58,284 nucleotides of DNA from Candidatus Zhuqueibacterota bacterium (GTDB lineage Bacteria > BS750m-G25), in the NCBI GenBank assembly GCA_016783505.1, contig JADHWK010000012.1, forward strand, positions 1 through 58,284, given 5' to 3'. Of this stretch, positions 39,174 through 49,002 are shown piece after piece. The notes under the pieces are model-generated. The model saw nothing but the letters and a program-made list of their open reading frames with translations. It searched no databases and was not told the origin of the DNA. Position 1 is the stretch's first letter. Each line of letters opens with the position of its first letter. Made by a program: the position numbers and the translations under genes.

Positions 39174-40493
39174 ATGGGATTTGTGGAACTCGTTGAGAAG
39201 ATCAAAAAGAAAGAGGCTTTGCTGGGAGTGGTGGGGCTTGGCTATGTAGGATTACCCCTGGTAAAAGAATTCCTTGCCGCCGGTTTTCGGGTGCTCGGCT
39301 TCGACACGGATAAGGGTAAGGTAGAGACTCTAAATGCTGGTGAATCATACATTTTAATGCTCCCCCCTGAACTAGTAAAGGCCTGGCGGCGAAGGGATCG
39401 CTTCGTAGCCACTACAGATGCAGCACGTCTCTGTGAGCCCGATGTCCTCCTGATTTGTGTGCCCACGCCCCTGAATAAGACCCGTGAACCCGAGCTTTGC
39501 TATGTCCGCCAGACCGCCGGGGACATCGGGCGTGCGCTCCGCCGGGGCCAGCTTGTGGTCCTGGAAAGTACTACCTATCCCGGAACCACTGCTGAAGTAA
39601 TGCAACCCTGTCTGGAATCCTTATCAGGACTGAAAGTCGGGGATGATTTCTACGTTGCCTACTCACCCGAGCGTGAAGACCCCGGCAACCAGAACTTTGG
39701 CTTGGGTACCACCCCGAAGGTTATCGGTGCTGATGACGAGGACAGCCTGTCTGCGGCCCTGGCGTTGTACGGGCAAATCGTACCGCACACCATAGAAGTT
39801 ACAAGTACGCGGGCGGCAGAAGCAGTCAAGCTGTTAGAGAACATCTTTCGGGCGGTGAACATTGCCCTCGTGAATGAATTAAAAATGATCTTTGATCGCA
39901 TGGGATTAGATGTCTGGGAGATTATTGAGGCGGCCAAGTCCAAACCCTTTGGTTTTATGCCATTCTATCCAGGACCCGGGCTGGGGGGACACTGCATCCC
40001 CATTGATCCATTTTACTTAGCTTGGAAAGCCCGGGAGTACGGGATGTCTACGCGGTTTATCGAGCTGGCCGGTGAAATCAATATCAGTATGCCCCGCTAT
40101 GTCCTGTCCCGGCTCCGGGAGGCACTCAACGACAAGGGGCAACCCGTGAAAGGCTCCAACATACTCGTCCTCGGGATTGCCTACAAACCCGACGTTGATG
40201 ACGCCCGGGAGTCACCGGCCCTGGGGATAATAGAGCTTTTGCTCAATGATGGCGCTCAGGTTGACTATCACGATCCCTATCTTCCCCATATGCACGGGTT
40301 CCGTAGCCACGATTTACATCTCGACTCGGTACCACTAACGCCGGAGACCCTGGCCGGTGCCGACTGCGTGCTCATCGTTACCAATCATTCCTGTATTGAC
40401 TATCAAATGGTGCTGGATCACGCTTCCTTGATCGTAGATTCCCGCAATGCATGTGCGGGACTTACAGGAGAAGCACGGGTCGTCAAGGCGTAG
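39174..40493 (+). CDS. Nucleotide-sugar dehydrogenase (UDP-GlcNAc/ManNAc 6-dehydrogenase, WbpA/WecC family)
   Basis: GLGYVGLP, ICVPTP, ESTTYPGTT, SPEREDPG, GPGLGGHCIPIDP. Confidence 0.92.
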   Translation: MGFVELVEKIKKKEALLGVVGLGYVGLPLVKEFLAAGFRVLGFDTDKGKVETLNAGESYILMLPPELVKAWRRRDRFVATTDAARLCEPDVLLICVPTPLNKTREPELCYVRQTAGDIGRALRRGQLVVLESTTYPGTTAEVMQPCLESLSGLKVGDDFYVAYSPEREDPGNQNFGLGTTPKVIGADDEDSLSAALALYGQIVPHTIEVTSTRAAEAVKLLENIFRAVNIALVNELKMIFDRMGLDVWEIIEAAKSKPFGFMPFYPGPGLGGHCIPIDPFYLAWKAREYGMSTRFIELAGEINISMPRYVLSRLREALNDKGQPVKGSNILVLGIAYKPDVDDARESPALGIIELLLNDGAQVDYHDPYLPHMHGFRSHDLHLDSVPLTPETLAGADCVLIVTNHSCIDYQMVLDHASLIVDSRNACAGLTGEARVVKA

Positions 40494-40567
40494 TTAGGCG
40501 CTATCGCTCATTTTAAAATGTAAAATGAATTAGTAAAGAAATTAATGTCATAGTAAAAGGCTTGCTA

Positions 40568-40864
40568 ATGATTACTGAAGATAAGGTGATGGAATCCCTG
40601 AAGGAGGTGATTGATCCCGAGCTGGGGTTGAACATTGTGGATTTGGGCTTGATCTATGATGTGAGAATTGGGGGGGATAAGGTGGCCGTCAAGATGACGC
40701 TGACCGCCCCCGGCTGTCCCCTGTACGAGACCATATCCGGCTGGGTGAGAAGCAAGTTGGAGGGCCTAAAAGGGGTCAACGATGCTAAGGTTGAGGTGGT
40801 CTGGGATCCGCCTTGGCATCCGACTATGATGGCCGAGGAGGCCCGAAAACGGTTCGGATATTGA
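40568..40864 (+). CDS. Metal-sulfur cluster assembly factor (DUF59/SufT family)
   Basis: VIDPELGLNIVDLGLIY, MTLTAPGCP, WDPPW. Confidence 0.92.
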   Translation: MITEDKVMESLKEVIDPELGLNIVDLGLIYDVRIGGDKVAVKMTLTAPGCPLYETISGWVRSKLEGLKGVNDAKVEVVWDPPWHPTMMAEEARKRFGY

Positions 40865-40866
40865 GG

Positions 40867-41406
40867 ATGAATAAACCTAAGTTGTTGCTTCATATCTGCT
40901 GTGCCCCCGATGCCACCGTGGTCTTTGAAAGGTTGATCCCCAATTATAATCTAACCGGCTACTTCTATAACCCCAACATCCATCCCCGAGAAGAATACGA
41001 AAAACGCCTGAAAGAAATGCAGGCACTGGCCTCAAAACTCAGCCTTCCCCTGCTGGTGGGGAAATATGACGATCACCGGTGGTTCAATCTGACCCGGGGT
41101 TATGAAAATGAAGAGGAGGGGGGGAAGCGATGTCCCATCTGTTTCACCTTGAGGCTTAGGGAGACAGCCCGATCGGCCAAGGAGGGGGGGATGGATTTTT
41201 TTGCTACGGTGCTGACTGTCAGCCCCCATAAGGATGCAGCCCTTATCAACACCATAGGAAGGTCCATTTCAGAGGAATTAAGCATCCCTTTTCTTGAGGC
41301 CGACTTTAAGAAAAAGGATGGGTTCAAACGGAGTGTGGAACTTAGCCAGAAGTTCGGCCTCTACCGACAGAATTACTGCGGTTGTGAATACAGTCGGAGG
41401 AAATAA
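40867..41406 (+). CDS. queH: Epoxyqueuosine reductase QueH
   Basis: LLLHICCAPD, YNPNIHP, RCPICF, YRQNYCGC; start at ATG 40867. Confidence 0.92.
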   Translation: MNKPKLLLHICCAPDATVVFERLIPNYNLTGYFYNPNIHPREEYEKRLKEMQALASKLSLPLLVGKYDDHRWFNLTRGYENEEEGGKRCPICFTLRLRETARSAKEGGMDFFATVLTVSPHKDAALINTIGRSISEELSIPFLEADFKKKDGFKRSVELSQKFGLYRQNYCGCEYSRRK

Positions 41407-41623
41407 ACCTTTCCTTGATTTGTTAAAAAATCTTTTAAGAAAAGGGATTGTGAAAATATCTAATCTTGGATAAATGGATAGTTGGATAATGGGAAAAGTG
41501 GTAAGAAGGAGGCGATGGAGAAATGAAAAAATCAAAAGTAAAAAAAACCCTCTGAAGAGATGTTAGCAAGAATTCAGGCACTTAGGGGGATGAGAAGAAT
41601 ATGAGAACTTTTGGGGAGTTCAG

Positions 41624-42856
41624 TTGAAAACCATATATCTGGACAACAGCGATACCACCGCGATGCTGGACGAGGTGGTTGCGGCCATGTTGCCCTATTT
41701 TGGTCAAAAATATGGCAATCCCATCTCCCTTCACTCACTGGGCCTGGAGGCTGAGGAGGCCGTTTCCGCATCCCGGGAGAAATTGGCTTCATTCATCGGC
41801 GCAGGGGAAGAGGAGATCATCTTTACGGGCAGCGCCACCGAGGCCAATAATCTGGCGTTGTTCGGGGTGGCCCACGCCTATCGGGAGCGGGGAAATCATA
41901 TTATCAGCACCTCCATTGAACACAAGTCGGTACTCAATCCCTTGAGAAGGCTGGAGAGGGAGGGCTTTCGGGTGACCTATCTACCCGTGGACGTAGAGGG
42001 TTTTGTTGATCCTGACGATCTAAAAAAGGCCCTGTCCGACGAAACGATTTTAGTGTCCATCATTCACGCCAATAACGAGATCGGCACCCTACAGGATCTG
42101 GAGACCCTGGGAAAAATTTGCAGGGAGAGGGGGGTTCCCTTTCATACGGACGCCGCTCAGAGCTTCACCCGGGAAGAGCTGAGCGTCACAAAGCAAAACC
42201 TGGATTTGGTTTCCATCAACGCCCACAAGATCCACGGGCCCAAGGGGGTAGGGGCTCTCTACGTTCGGCGGGGAATTAGATTGGATCGATTGATGGAAGG
42301 GGGTGAGCAGGAGAGGAACCGGAGGCCAGGGACGGAGAATGTGCCCGGCATCGTGGGGTTCGCCAGGGCGGCGGAGATTGCAATGGATAGATTTGAGGAT
42401 AATCGCCAGCACATGCGGGAGCTCAGGGACCGGCTGGCCCGGGGTCTGCTCGCCATCGATCACACCTGGCTGAACGGTCCCAAGGGAAAAAATATTGAAA
42501 AAAGGTTGTGTAACAACGTCAATATCACCTTTCATTACATTGAGGGCGAGGCCATCTTGATGCACTTGAGCCTGCGGGGGGTTTTGGTTTCTTCGGGATC
42601 GGCCTGTTCCTCAAAGGACTTAACGCCCAGCCATGTGCTCACGGCCATCAGCCTAAAGCATGAGCAGGCCCACGGGGCCATCCGCTTCTCCCTGTCCAAA
42701 TTGAACACCGCTGACGAGGTAGATCGCACTATTGAAATTGTCAAGGAAGTGGCGGCTAAGCTTAGGGGGATGACTGCTTTTATTCCCGAAGAACATTCGG
42801 AGCTGGTCTCTAAAAAGGCAAAGACCTTTTACAAACCCAGGGGGGGTAGGGGATAA
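41624..42856 (+). CDS. iscS: Cysteine desulfurase (IscS/NifS)
   Basis: YGNPIS, ANNEIGT, HTDAAQ, AHKIHGPKG, SSGSACSS; TTG start. Confidence 0.93.
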   Translation: MKTIYLDNSDTTAMLDEVVAAMLPYFGQKYGNPISLHSLGLEAEEAVSASREKLASFIGAGEEEIIFTGSATEANNLALFGVAHAYRERGNHIISTSIEHKSVLNPLRRLEREGFRVTYLPVDVEGFVDPDDLKKALSDETILVSIIHANNEIGTLQDLETLGKICRERGVPFHTDAAQSFTREELSVTKQNLDLVSINAHKIHGPKGVGALYVRRGIRLDRLMEGGEQERNRRPGTENVPGIVGFARAAEIAMDRFEDNRQHMRELRDRLARGLLAIDHTWLNGPKGKNIEKRLCNNVNITFHYIEGEAILMHLSLRGVLVSSGSACSSKDLTPSHVLTAISLKHEQAHGAIRFSLSKLNTADEVDRTIEIVKEVAAKLRGMTAFIPEEHSELVSKKAKTFYKPRGGRG

Positions 42857-42914
42857 GGGGACAGGCTGTCAAGGTGACGAAGCGAATATGCCATTTTCCC
42901 TTTATGGAGAGATC

Positions 42915-43559
42915 ATGGCCATAAAATATACCCAAAAGGTCATTGAGCATTTCGTCAATCCCCGCAACGTTGGTGAGCTGGCGGATGCTGACGGCATGGC
43001 TACCGAGGGAAGCCCGGCCTGCGGGGACATGGTGACCTTTAGCCTCAAGGTTAATCCCAAGACCCGGGTCATTGAGGATATCAAATTTCGCTCTTACGGT
43101 TGTGCCTCCAATATTGCCACCGCCTCCATCGCCACCGAGATGGCCATCGGTAAGACTATTGATGAGGTCAAGCGGATGAAGGCCGGCCAGCCCGCCCGGG
43201 AGCTGGGGGGATTGCCCCCAGTCAAGATGCATTGTTCGGTGCTGGCCATCAATGGGCTGAAAGCGGCCATCGAGGATTATGAGATTAGGCAGGGACTGAT
43301 CAAGGAAAAGGTAATCAGGCTTTCGGAAGAGTTCATCCACCGGGAGCTTAAGAAGGTCATCAATCCCGAGATCGGAATCAACATCGTGCGATTGAAGATG
43401 GTCCGGGAGATCAAGATTAAAAAAGGGGTGGTGTTCGTCCGCATTTCGCTGGGGAATACCGACGAGATGTATGCCCAAGCCATCAGCCAGGAGATTATTG
43501 ATCAATTAGAAGGGATCAAGGGCGTTAGACGGGTGCATGTGGAATTTGTAGAAAAATAG
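42915..43559 (+). CDS. iscU: IscU/NifU scaffold fused to C-terminal DUF59-like domain
   Basis: HFVNPRNVG, ACGD, GCAS, LPPVKMHC; then VINPEIGINIV. Confidence 0.88.
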   Translation: MAIKYTQKVIEHFVNPRNVGELADADGMATEGSPACGDMVTFSLKVNPKTRVIEDIKFRSYGCASNIATASIATEMAIGKTIDEVKRMKAGQPARELGGLPPVKMHCSVLAINGLKAAIEDYEIRQGLIKEKVIRLSEEFIHRELKKVINPEIGINIVRLKMVREIKIKKGVVFVRISLGNTDEMYAQAISQEIIDQLEGIKGVRRVHVEFVEK

Positions 43560-43571
43560 GGGATTGGGTTT

Positions 43572-43934
43572 ATGTATTCCCAAAACTATCTGGGTCACTT
43601 TCAAAACCCCCGGAATATCGGTGAACTCGAAGATGCCGATGGCATCGGAGAAGTGAAGCATGAAGGGGGCGGGTGTTTCGACTGGGTGAAGGTTTATATC
43701 CGTACCGATGGGGACCGAATTTCCTTGGTGAAATACAAGACCAGGGGTTGCTCGGGGACCATCGCCGCCTGTTCGTTGATGTCCGAACTGGCCACTGGCC
43801 TTGTCCTTTCAGAACTGGATTCCCTTAATGACAAAAGATTGATAGATGAACTCAATCTGCCGGAACGGAAATTTCATAGTGCCGAGCTGGCTGTAAAAGC
43901 CCTGCGGAATGCGGTGGAAAAAGTGAAAAGGTAA
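43572..43934 (+). CDS. Second IscU-like scaffold protein
   Basis: HFQNPRNIG, GCFD, GCSG, LPERKFHS. Confidence 0.85.
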   Translation: MYSQNYLGHFQNPRNIGELEDADGIGEVKHEGGGCFDWVKVYIRTDGDRISLVKYKTRGCSGTIAACSLMSELATGLVLSELDSLNDKRLIDELNLPERKFHSAELAVKALRNAVEKVKR

Positions 43935-43959
43935 CAAATATTACTTGGAATATATTTAT

Positions 43960-43987
43960 GCTCGTCGAGGATGTTATCATCCTCGAC
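43960..43987 (+). repeat. REP-like hairpin (family A)
   Basis: GCTC-GTCGAGGATG-TTAT-CATCCTCGAC perfect 10 bp stem. Confidence 0.7.
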
Positions 43988-43998
43988 AGACTTGGGAA

Positions 43999-44493
43999 AT
44001 GAAAATGAAGCTCAAACTGAATCTATTTCTGTTGATAGTAGTGTTGTTTGCTATCGCTTTTGCAAATTCTGGCTGTGCAGACAAAACTCCAACGGATTCC
44101 AATGAGGAGGATGAAATCACAATAACCTGGCAACAAACAAATGGACCCTATGGTGGAATTGTCTATTCCCTTACCATCAATTCCAATGGCATCTTTGCAG
44201 GTACTAATGGTGGTATTTTTCGTTCCACTGACGATGGTGTCAACTGGACACAAACCGGATTGATGAATTATGATGTTTGGTCTCTGACCATCAATTCCCT
44301 TGGTCTCATTTTTGCTGGGACTTATGGTGACGGTGTTTTTCGTTCTACAGACAATGGAGAATCCTGGACTCAAATCAATACCGGGCTAACGGATACTTAT
44401 GTCCCATCTCTTGCCATCAATTCAAGTGGGTACATTTTTGCCGGGACTGGGGGTAGCGGCGTTTTTCGCAGTGTACAGTCAACAACCGGCTAA
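43999..44493 (+). CDS. Small lipoprotein with BNR/Asp-box beta-propeller repeats
   Basis: Lipobox NSGC; repeats IFAGT.GG.FRSTD.G.SW; AT-rich. Confidence 0.75.
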   Translation: MKMKLKLNLFLLIVVLFAIAFANSGCADKTPTDSNEEDEITITWQQTNGPYGGIVYSLTINSNGIFAGTNGGIFRSTDDGVNWTQTGLMNYDVWSLTINSLGLIFAGTYGDGVFRSTDNGESWTQINTGLTDTYVPSLAINSSGYIFAGTGGSGVFRSVQSTTG

Positions 44494-44602
44494 ATTGACG
44501 ATATTTCTTTATCGTTTGAATGGGTAAAAGTATCTGTATGGGTAAATCCGACGTGAAAGGGTTAAAACTGTGACTCTTCAATGAAGTAATCTAAAATTTC
44601 TC

Positions 44603-44631
44603 TTGAAAAAGATGAAAAAATAACGTATATT
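44603..44631 (+). promoter_or_regulatory. Sigma-70 promoter of rib operon
   Basis: TTGAAA-N17-TATATT immediately before riboswitch. Confidence 0.65.
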
Positions 44632-44633
44632 TA

Positions 44634-44782
44634 GGTGTCTTCGGGGCGGGGTGGAAGTCCCCACCGGCGGTGAAGCTATCACTAAGTGACGGCGAAGCCC
44701 GCGACCCCTCCGATATATTGTCGGGGGATTGAACCGGTGAGATTCCGGTGCCGACGGTAAAAGTCCGGATGGGAGAAGACAT
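44634..44782 (+). ncRNA. FMN riboswitch (RFN element)
   Basis: GTCTTCGGGGCGGGGTGGAAGTCCCCACCGGCGGT...AGCCCGCGA...GAACCGGTGAGATTCCGGTGCCGACGGTAAAAGTCCGGATGGGAGAAGAC upstream of ribD. Confidence 0.97.
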
Positions 44783-44850
44783 AAAATACAGTTGTCAGTT
44801 ATCAGTAGGCGGTGATCAGTAAAAGATAACTGATTCTGATAATACAAATA

Positions 44851-44882
44851 GAAGCCCCGAAGATCAATCGGGGTTTTTTATT
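44851..44882 (+). terminator. Riboswitch terminator/sequestrator hairpin
   Basis: GAAGCCCCGA-agatcaa-TCGGGGTTTTTT directly before the ribD ATG. Confidence 0.8.
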
Positions 44883-45971
44883 ATGACAGATGACGAATTA
44901 TTTATCCGCCGAACCCTCAGGTTAGCAAAAAAGGGAAAAGGAAAGACCAGTCCCAATCCCCTGGTAGGGGCTATTTTAGTTAAAGATTGCAACGTGATTG
45001 CCGAAGGTTATCATAGGGCCTGGGGTGAGGATCACGCCGAATTGATGGCACTGAAAATGGCTGGGAAGAGAGCCCAGGGAGCCACAATTTATGTCAACCT
45101 GGAGCCCTGCTGTCACCACGATAAAAAAACCCCTCCTTGTGTTGATCGTATCCTGACTTCAGGTTTAAAAAAGGTGGTAGTAGGTTCCGAGGATCCCAAT
45201 CCCCAGGTATCGGGAAAAGGTCTCGGGATTTTAAAAAATCATGGTATAGAAGTCGTTTCGTGTGTCCTTGAAGATCAATGCCGAAGGTTAAACGAGGTCT
45301 ATTTCAAAAATATTCAAACCGGTCTTCCTTTTGTAACCCTGAAGATCGCCCAGACCCTGGATGGACAAATCGCCACCCCTACGGGGGATTCCCAATGGAT
45401 CACATCTGACCGGATGCGTAGGCTTGTCCATCGGCTGCGGGCGGAAAGCGACGCCGTCTTAGTGGGAATTGGGACGGTGAAGGCCGATGACCCCGAACTC
45501 ACGGTGAGATGGGTCAAAGGGAAAAATCCCGTTCGGGTAGTGCTGGATAGCCACCTGTCCATTCCCCTAACGGCTAAGGTCCTGAACGGAAAGGATCCGT
45601 CCAACACTATTCTGTTTACCGCCACCGATATGATTCCAAGCAGAGCCGATCCCGTCAAAAAGCAGGGGGCTCGGGTCTTTTCCGTACCCACCGTTGACGA
45701 TGGCCGGTTGAATTTAAAAGAAGTATTGGTCCGATTGGGGAAGGAGGGGATCAATTCTTTGCTGGTGGAAGGGGGAAGGGAAGTGTTCACTTCCTTTGTT
45801 AAATCCCGTTTGTTTGACAAGATGATCCTGTGTATTTCACCAAAAGTTATCGGAAAAGGTCTCGGGTCTCTGGGTGACCTGGGCATTAGTCGAGTTGGGG
45901 TAGCGGTCACCTTCTCCGGGGTTCACTACCGCAGATTGAGAGATGAAATGATAGTAGAGGTCTGGAAGTAG
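44883..45971 (+). CDS. ribD: Diaminohydroxyphosphoribosylaminopyrimidine deaminase/reductase
   Basis: TSPNPLVGA, HAE, LEPCCH..TPPC, AQTLDG, LLVEGG. Confidence 0.95.
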   Translation: MTDDELFIRRTLRLAKKGKGKTSPNPLVGAILVKDCNVIAEGYHRAWGEDHAELMALKMAGKRAQGATIYVNLEPCCHHDKKTPPCVDRILTSGLKKVVVGSEDPNPQVSGKGLGILKNHGIEVVSCVLEDQCRRLNEVYFKNIQTGLPFVTLKIAQTLDGQIATPTGDSQWITSDRMRRLVHRLRAESDAVLVGIGTVKADDPELTVRWVKGKNPVRVVLDSHLSIPLTAKVLNGKDPSNTILFTATDMIPSRADPVKKQGARVFSVPTVDDGRLNLKEVLVRLGKEGINSLLVEGGREVFTSFVKSRLFDKMILCISPKVIGKGLGSLGDLGISRVGVAVTFSGVHYRRLRDEMIVEVWK

Positions 45972-46030
45972 AACGCAGTGGAGCGAGGGAGCAGAGGGGA
46001 GGGGGAGACTAAAGAAGGGGTTATTTGCTT

Positions 46031-46681
46031 ATGTTTACCGGTCTTATTGAGGAAATTGGCCTTATCAAAGAAAGGTCCCCCATTCGGGAGGGCTTCCGGT
46101 TCACCATCGCTGCCCAGAAGGTTTTGGAAGACCTGAAAGTGGGCGACAGCATCTCGGTGGATGGCGTCTGTTTGACGGTCACCAATCTGTTCGGAGCTGG
46201 TTTTCAAGCAGAAGTGGTAGGAGAAACCCTGAGAAAGACCACCCTTCAATACGTTTATGTGGGAGATCGGGTAAACCTGGAAAGGCCTGTAAAGCTTACC
46301 GATCGCCTGGGGGGTCACTGGGTACAGGGGCACGTGGACGGGATCGGAAGGCTGGTTTCCGTCCGTGCTAAAGGCGAAAGTTTATGGATTAAGATAGAAA
46401 TCCCTTCCGAATTGATGGTTTACGTGGTCCCCCAAGGTTCGATAGCCGTGGATGGGGTCAGCCTCACCATAGCCGGGATTGAAAGCCGTCTCTTGGGTGT
46501 TTTCTTGGTTCCCCATACCTTGAAGGCAACAACGCTGGGCTTAAAGAAAGCAGGTGATCGGGTAAATATCGAAACGGATGTGGTGGGAAAGTATGTCCAA
46601 GGTTTTTTGTCGGGGTCTCAGAAGGAGTTGACTAAGAAATGGATTTTTGAGCGGGGATTCGATCTAAGTAACCAAACTTGA
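46031..46681 (+). CDS. ribE: Riboflavin synthase (alpha chain)
   Basis: MFTGLIEE, GDSISVDGVCLT, GGHWVQGHVDG, GSIAVDGVSLT. Confidence 0.95.
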   Translation: MFTGLIEEIGLIKERSPIREGFRFTIAAQKVLEDLKVGDSISVDGVCLTVTNLFGAGFQAEVVGETLRKTTLQYVYVGDRVNLERPVKLTDRLGGHWVQGHVDGIGRLVSVRAKGESLWIKIEIPSELMVYVVPQGSIAVDGVSLTIAGIESRLLGVFLVPHTLKATTLGLKKAGDRVNIETDVVGKYVQGFLSGSQKELTKKWIFERGFDLSNQT

Positions 46682-46737
46682 TAAATTTTGAGATGTTCCA
46701 GAGACACCGTTACGAATCAATCAGGCGCCTGACAGAA

Positions 46738-46890
46738 GCACGAAATCCGAAATCCGAAGATCGAAACAAATAAAAATGACCAAAACATAAAATTCGAAAC
46801 TATATGATTTAAACGTTTTGAATCCGCCTGCGGTGGAATATTTGAATTTTGAGTTTGTTTCGGATTTCGATATTCGAATTTCGGATTTAT
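46738..46890. repeat. Long imperfect palindrome (MITE/REP-like) inside rib operon
   Basis: CGAAATCCGAAATCCGAAGATCGAAACAAA ... TTTGTTTCGGATTTCGATATTCGAATTTCGGATTT arms. Confidence 0.7.
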
Positions 46891-46979
46891 TTGATTTTGA
46901 ACTTAGAACATTTGTCCTGAATACAACAAATTTATTATCCCTAAAACGGATAATTCTGTAGGTATTTTTAGGAGGAGCT

Positions 46980-48179
46980 TTGTTTAGCACCACTGGAGAG
47001 GCTATTGAGGCGATCCGGAATGGGAGGATGGTCATCGTAGTGGATGACGAGGACCGGGAGAACGAGGGGGACTTCATTATGGCGGCCGAGAAGGTTACCC
47101 CGGAGACCATTAACTTCATGGCCCACCACGGCCGGGGGTTAATCTGTGTTGCCATGCTCCCCGATCGGTTGGTACAGTTGAACCTGAAGCCCATGGTAGA
47201 GGATTCCACCGCGCTGCACGGCACGGTGTTTACTGTTTCGGTGGATGCGGCTCGCAATACCACTACGGGTATTTCCGCCCATGATCGGGCTGAGACCATT
47301 CGGGTGTTGATCAACCACAAAAGTCGTCCGGATGATTTGGTGAAACCGGGTCATGTTTTTCCCCTGATAGCCAGGAAAGGGGGGGTGCTTCGTCGGGCGG
47401 GACACACTGAAGCTGTCGTTGACTTGGCCAGGTTGTCCGGGCTTTATCCCGCCGGGGTCCTATGCGAGATCATGGACGAGGACGGCCATATGGCCCGGGT
47501 GCCCAAATTGGCCGAACTTGCCCGAAGGTTCGATCTGAAGCTGATCACCATCAAGGACCTGATCGAATACCGCCAGCGTTCAGAAAAGCTCATCGAGCGC
47601 CGGGTCGAGGTGAACCTTCCCACCCGGCACGGAAGGTTCAAATTATTTCACTATGTAAGCATTCTGGATGGACGAAACCATCTGGCCATGGTGAAGGGTC
47701 GCGTGGACGACGGGCGCCCGGTGTTAACCCGGGTGCATTCGGAATGTCTGACCGGTGATCTCTTCGGTTCCCTGCGCTGCGATTGCGGGGAACAACTCAA
47801 CCGGTCCTTAGACATGATCGCCCGGGAGGGCCGGGGTGTGTTTCTGTATATGAGGCAGGAGGGTCGGGGGATCGGCCTGGCCAATAAGCTTCAGGCCTAC
47901 AAGCTTCAGGACGAGGGCAAGGATACAGTGGAAGCCAATGAAGCCCTGGGGTTTAAGGCCGATCTCAGGGACTATGGGATCGGGGCCCAGATTCTGGTGG
48001 ATCTGGGGGTCAAAAAGCTGCGGCTGTTGACCAACAATCCCAAGAAGATCATCGGGCTGGAGGGGTATGGACTGGAGGTGGTGGAGAGGGTGCCCATTGA
48101 GGTCGGACCCACCGTGGACAACCGGGACTACCTGAAGACGAAACGGGATAAATTGGGACATTTAATATTGAATCATTAA
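46980..48179 (+). CDS. ribBA: Bifunctional DHBP synthase / GTP cyclohydrolase II
   Basis: [43 protein letters not shown] start after AGGAGG. Confidence 0.96.
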   Translation: MFSTTGEAIEAIRNGRMVIVVDDEDRENEGDFIMAAEKVTPETINFMAHHGRGLICVAMLPDRLVQLNLKPMVEDSTALHGTVFTVSVDAARNTTTGISAHDRAETIRVLINHKSRPDDLVKPGHVFPLIARKGGVLRRAGHTEAVVDLARLSGLYPAGVLCEIMDEDGHMARVPKLAELARRFDLKLITIKDLIEYRQRSEKLIERRVEVNLPTRHGRFKLFHYVSILDGRNHLAMVKGRVDDGRPVLTRVHSECLTGDLFGSLRCDCGEQLNRSLDMIAREGRGVFLYMRQEGRGIGLANKLQAYKLQDEGKDTVEANEALGFKADLRDYGIGAQILVDLGVKKLRLLTNNPKKIIGLEGYGLEVVERVPIEVGPTVDNRDYLKTKRDKLGHLILNH

Positions 48180-48272
48180 TGACTTTCCGCAATTGCTGTA
48201 AATTAAGGGACTTGTTTTTTGAACCGCTCTAAAGGGACGGTTCTGGATGAAAGATAGGCAAAAGGAGGCAGA

Positions 48273-48743
48273 ATGAGTGCTGAACTGAAGGGAAGGTTAA
48301 AGGCTGAGGGTTGGAAATTCGGTATCGTCGTCTCGAGGTTCAACGAATTTATTGCAAAGGAGATGCTGGCCGGGGCGCTGGATTGTCTGGGACGGCATGG
48401 GGGGCAGGAGGAGAATATCCAGATCGCTTGGGTGCCGGGATCATTTGAGATCCCCATGGTGGCAAAGCGGATGGCCCTGACGGGCCGATATGACGCCGTT
48501 ATCTGTCTGGGGGCCATCATCCGGGGGGGAACTCCCCACTTCGAATATATCGCCTCGCAGGTGACCAGGGGCATCGCCCAGGTGGGATTGGAGACCGATG
48601 TGCCCACCATCTACGGGGTAATTACCACCGACGATTTGGAACAGGCCATCGAGCGGGCCGGAACCAAGGCGGGCAACAAAGGCTGGAATGCGGCCGAATC
48701 GGCAATGGAAATGGTTGACCTGTTCAAACAGATGGAAAAATAA
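48273..48743 (+). CDS. ribH: 6,7-dimethyl-8-ribityllumazine synthase
   Basis: VSRFN, VPGSFEIP, IRGGTPHFEY, GNKG. Confidence 0.96.
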   Translation: MSAELKGRLKAEGWKFGIVVSRFNEFIAKEMLAGALDCLGRHGGQEENIQIAWVPGSFEIPMVAKRMALTGRYDAVICLGAIIRGGTPHFEYIASQVTRGIAQVGLETDVPTIYGVITTDDLEQAIERAGTKAGNKGWNAAESAMEMVDLFKQMEK

Positions 48744-48838
48744 TCACCCACAAAAGGCGGAAGGATTTTGTTCTTTACGCTTTTCAGGGCAAACCAAGCA
48801 GGAGTTGGATTCAGGGGCATTCGGATAGGTTTTTGTTG

Positions 48839-48867
48839 TTGACACTCTGGGCTTTTTTTATTATATT
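48839..48867 (+). promoter_or_regulatory. Sigma-70 promoter upstream of recN
   Basis: TTGACA-N17-TATATT. Confidence 0.7.
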
Positions 48868-48947
48868 AAATTCACAACTCTTGCTCCCGGTGGATGTTGC
48901 CCTACGGGTGGGCCATACGTCTGGATTCTTGGAGGGGCGATATAATA

Positions 48948-49002
48948 GTCGAGGATGACCTGCCTGCCGATCTTTGGCGAGCAGGCAATATCCTCGGCGA
49001 GC
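48948..49002 (-). repeat. REP-like hairpin (family A) with nested hairpin in its loop
   Basis: GTCGAGGATG-AC[CTGCCTGCC..GGCGAGCAGGC]AA-TATCCTCGGC-GAGC. Confidence 0.6.

Noticed and set aside
48785-48820. CAGGGCAAACC resembling a c-di-GMP-I riboswitch
   Set aside because: Lacks the GAAA tetraloop and the downstream GACGCAAAGC/P2 elements, and lies upstream of the promoter
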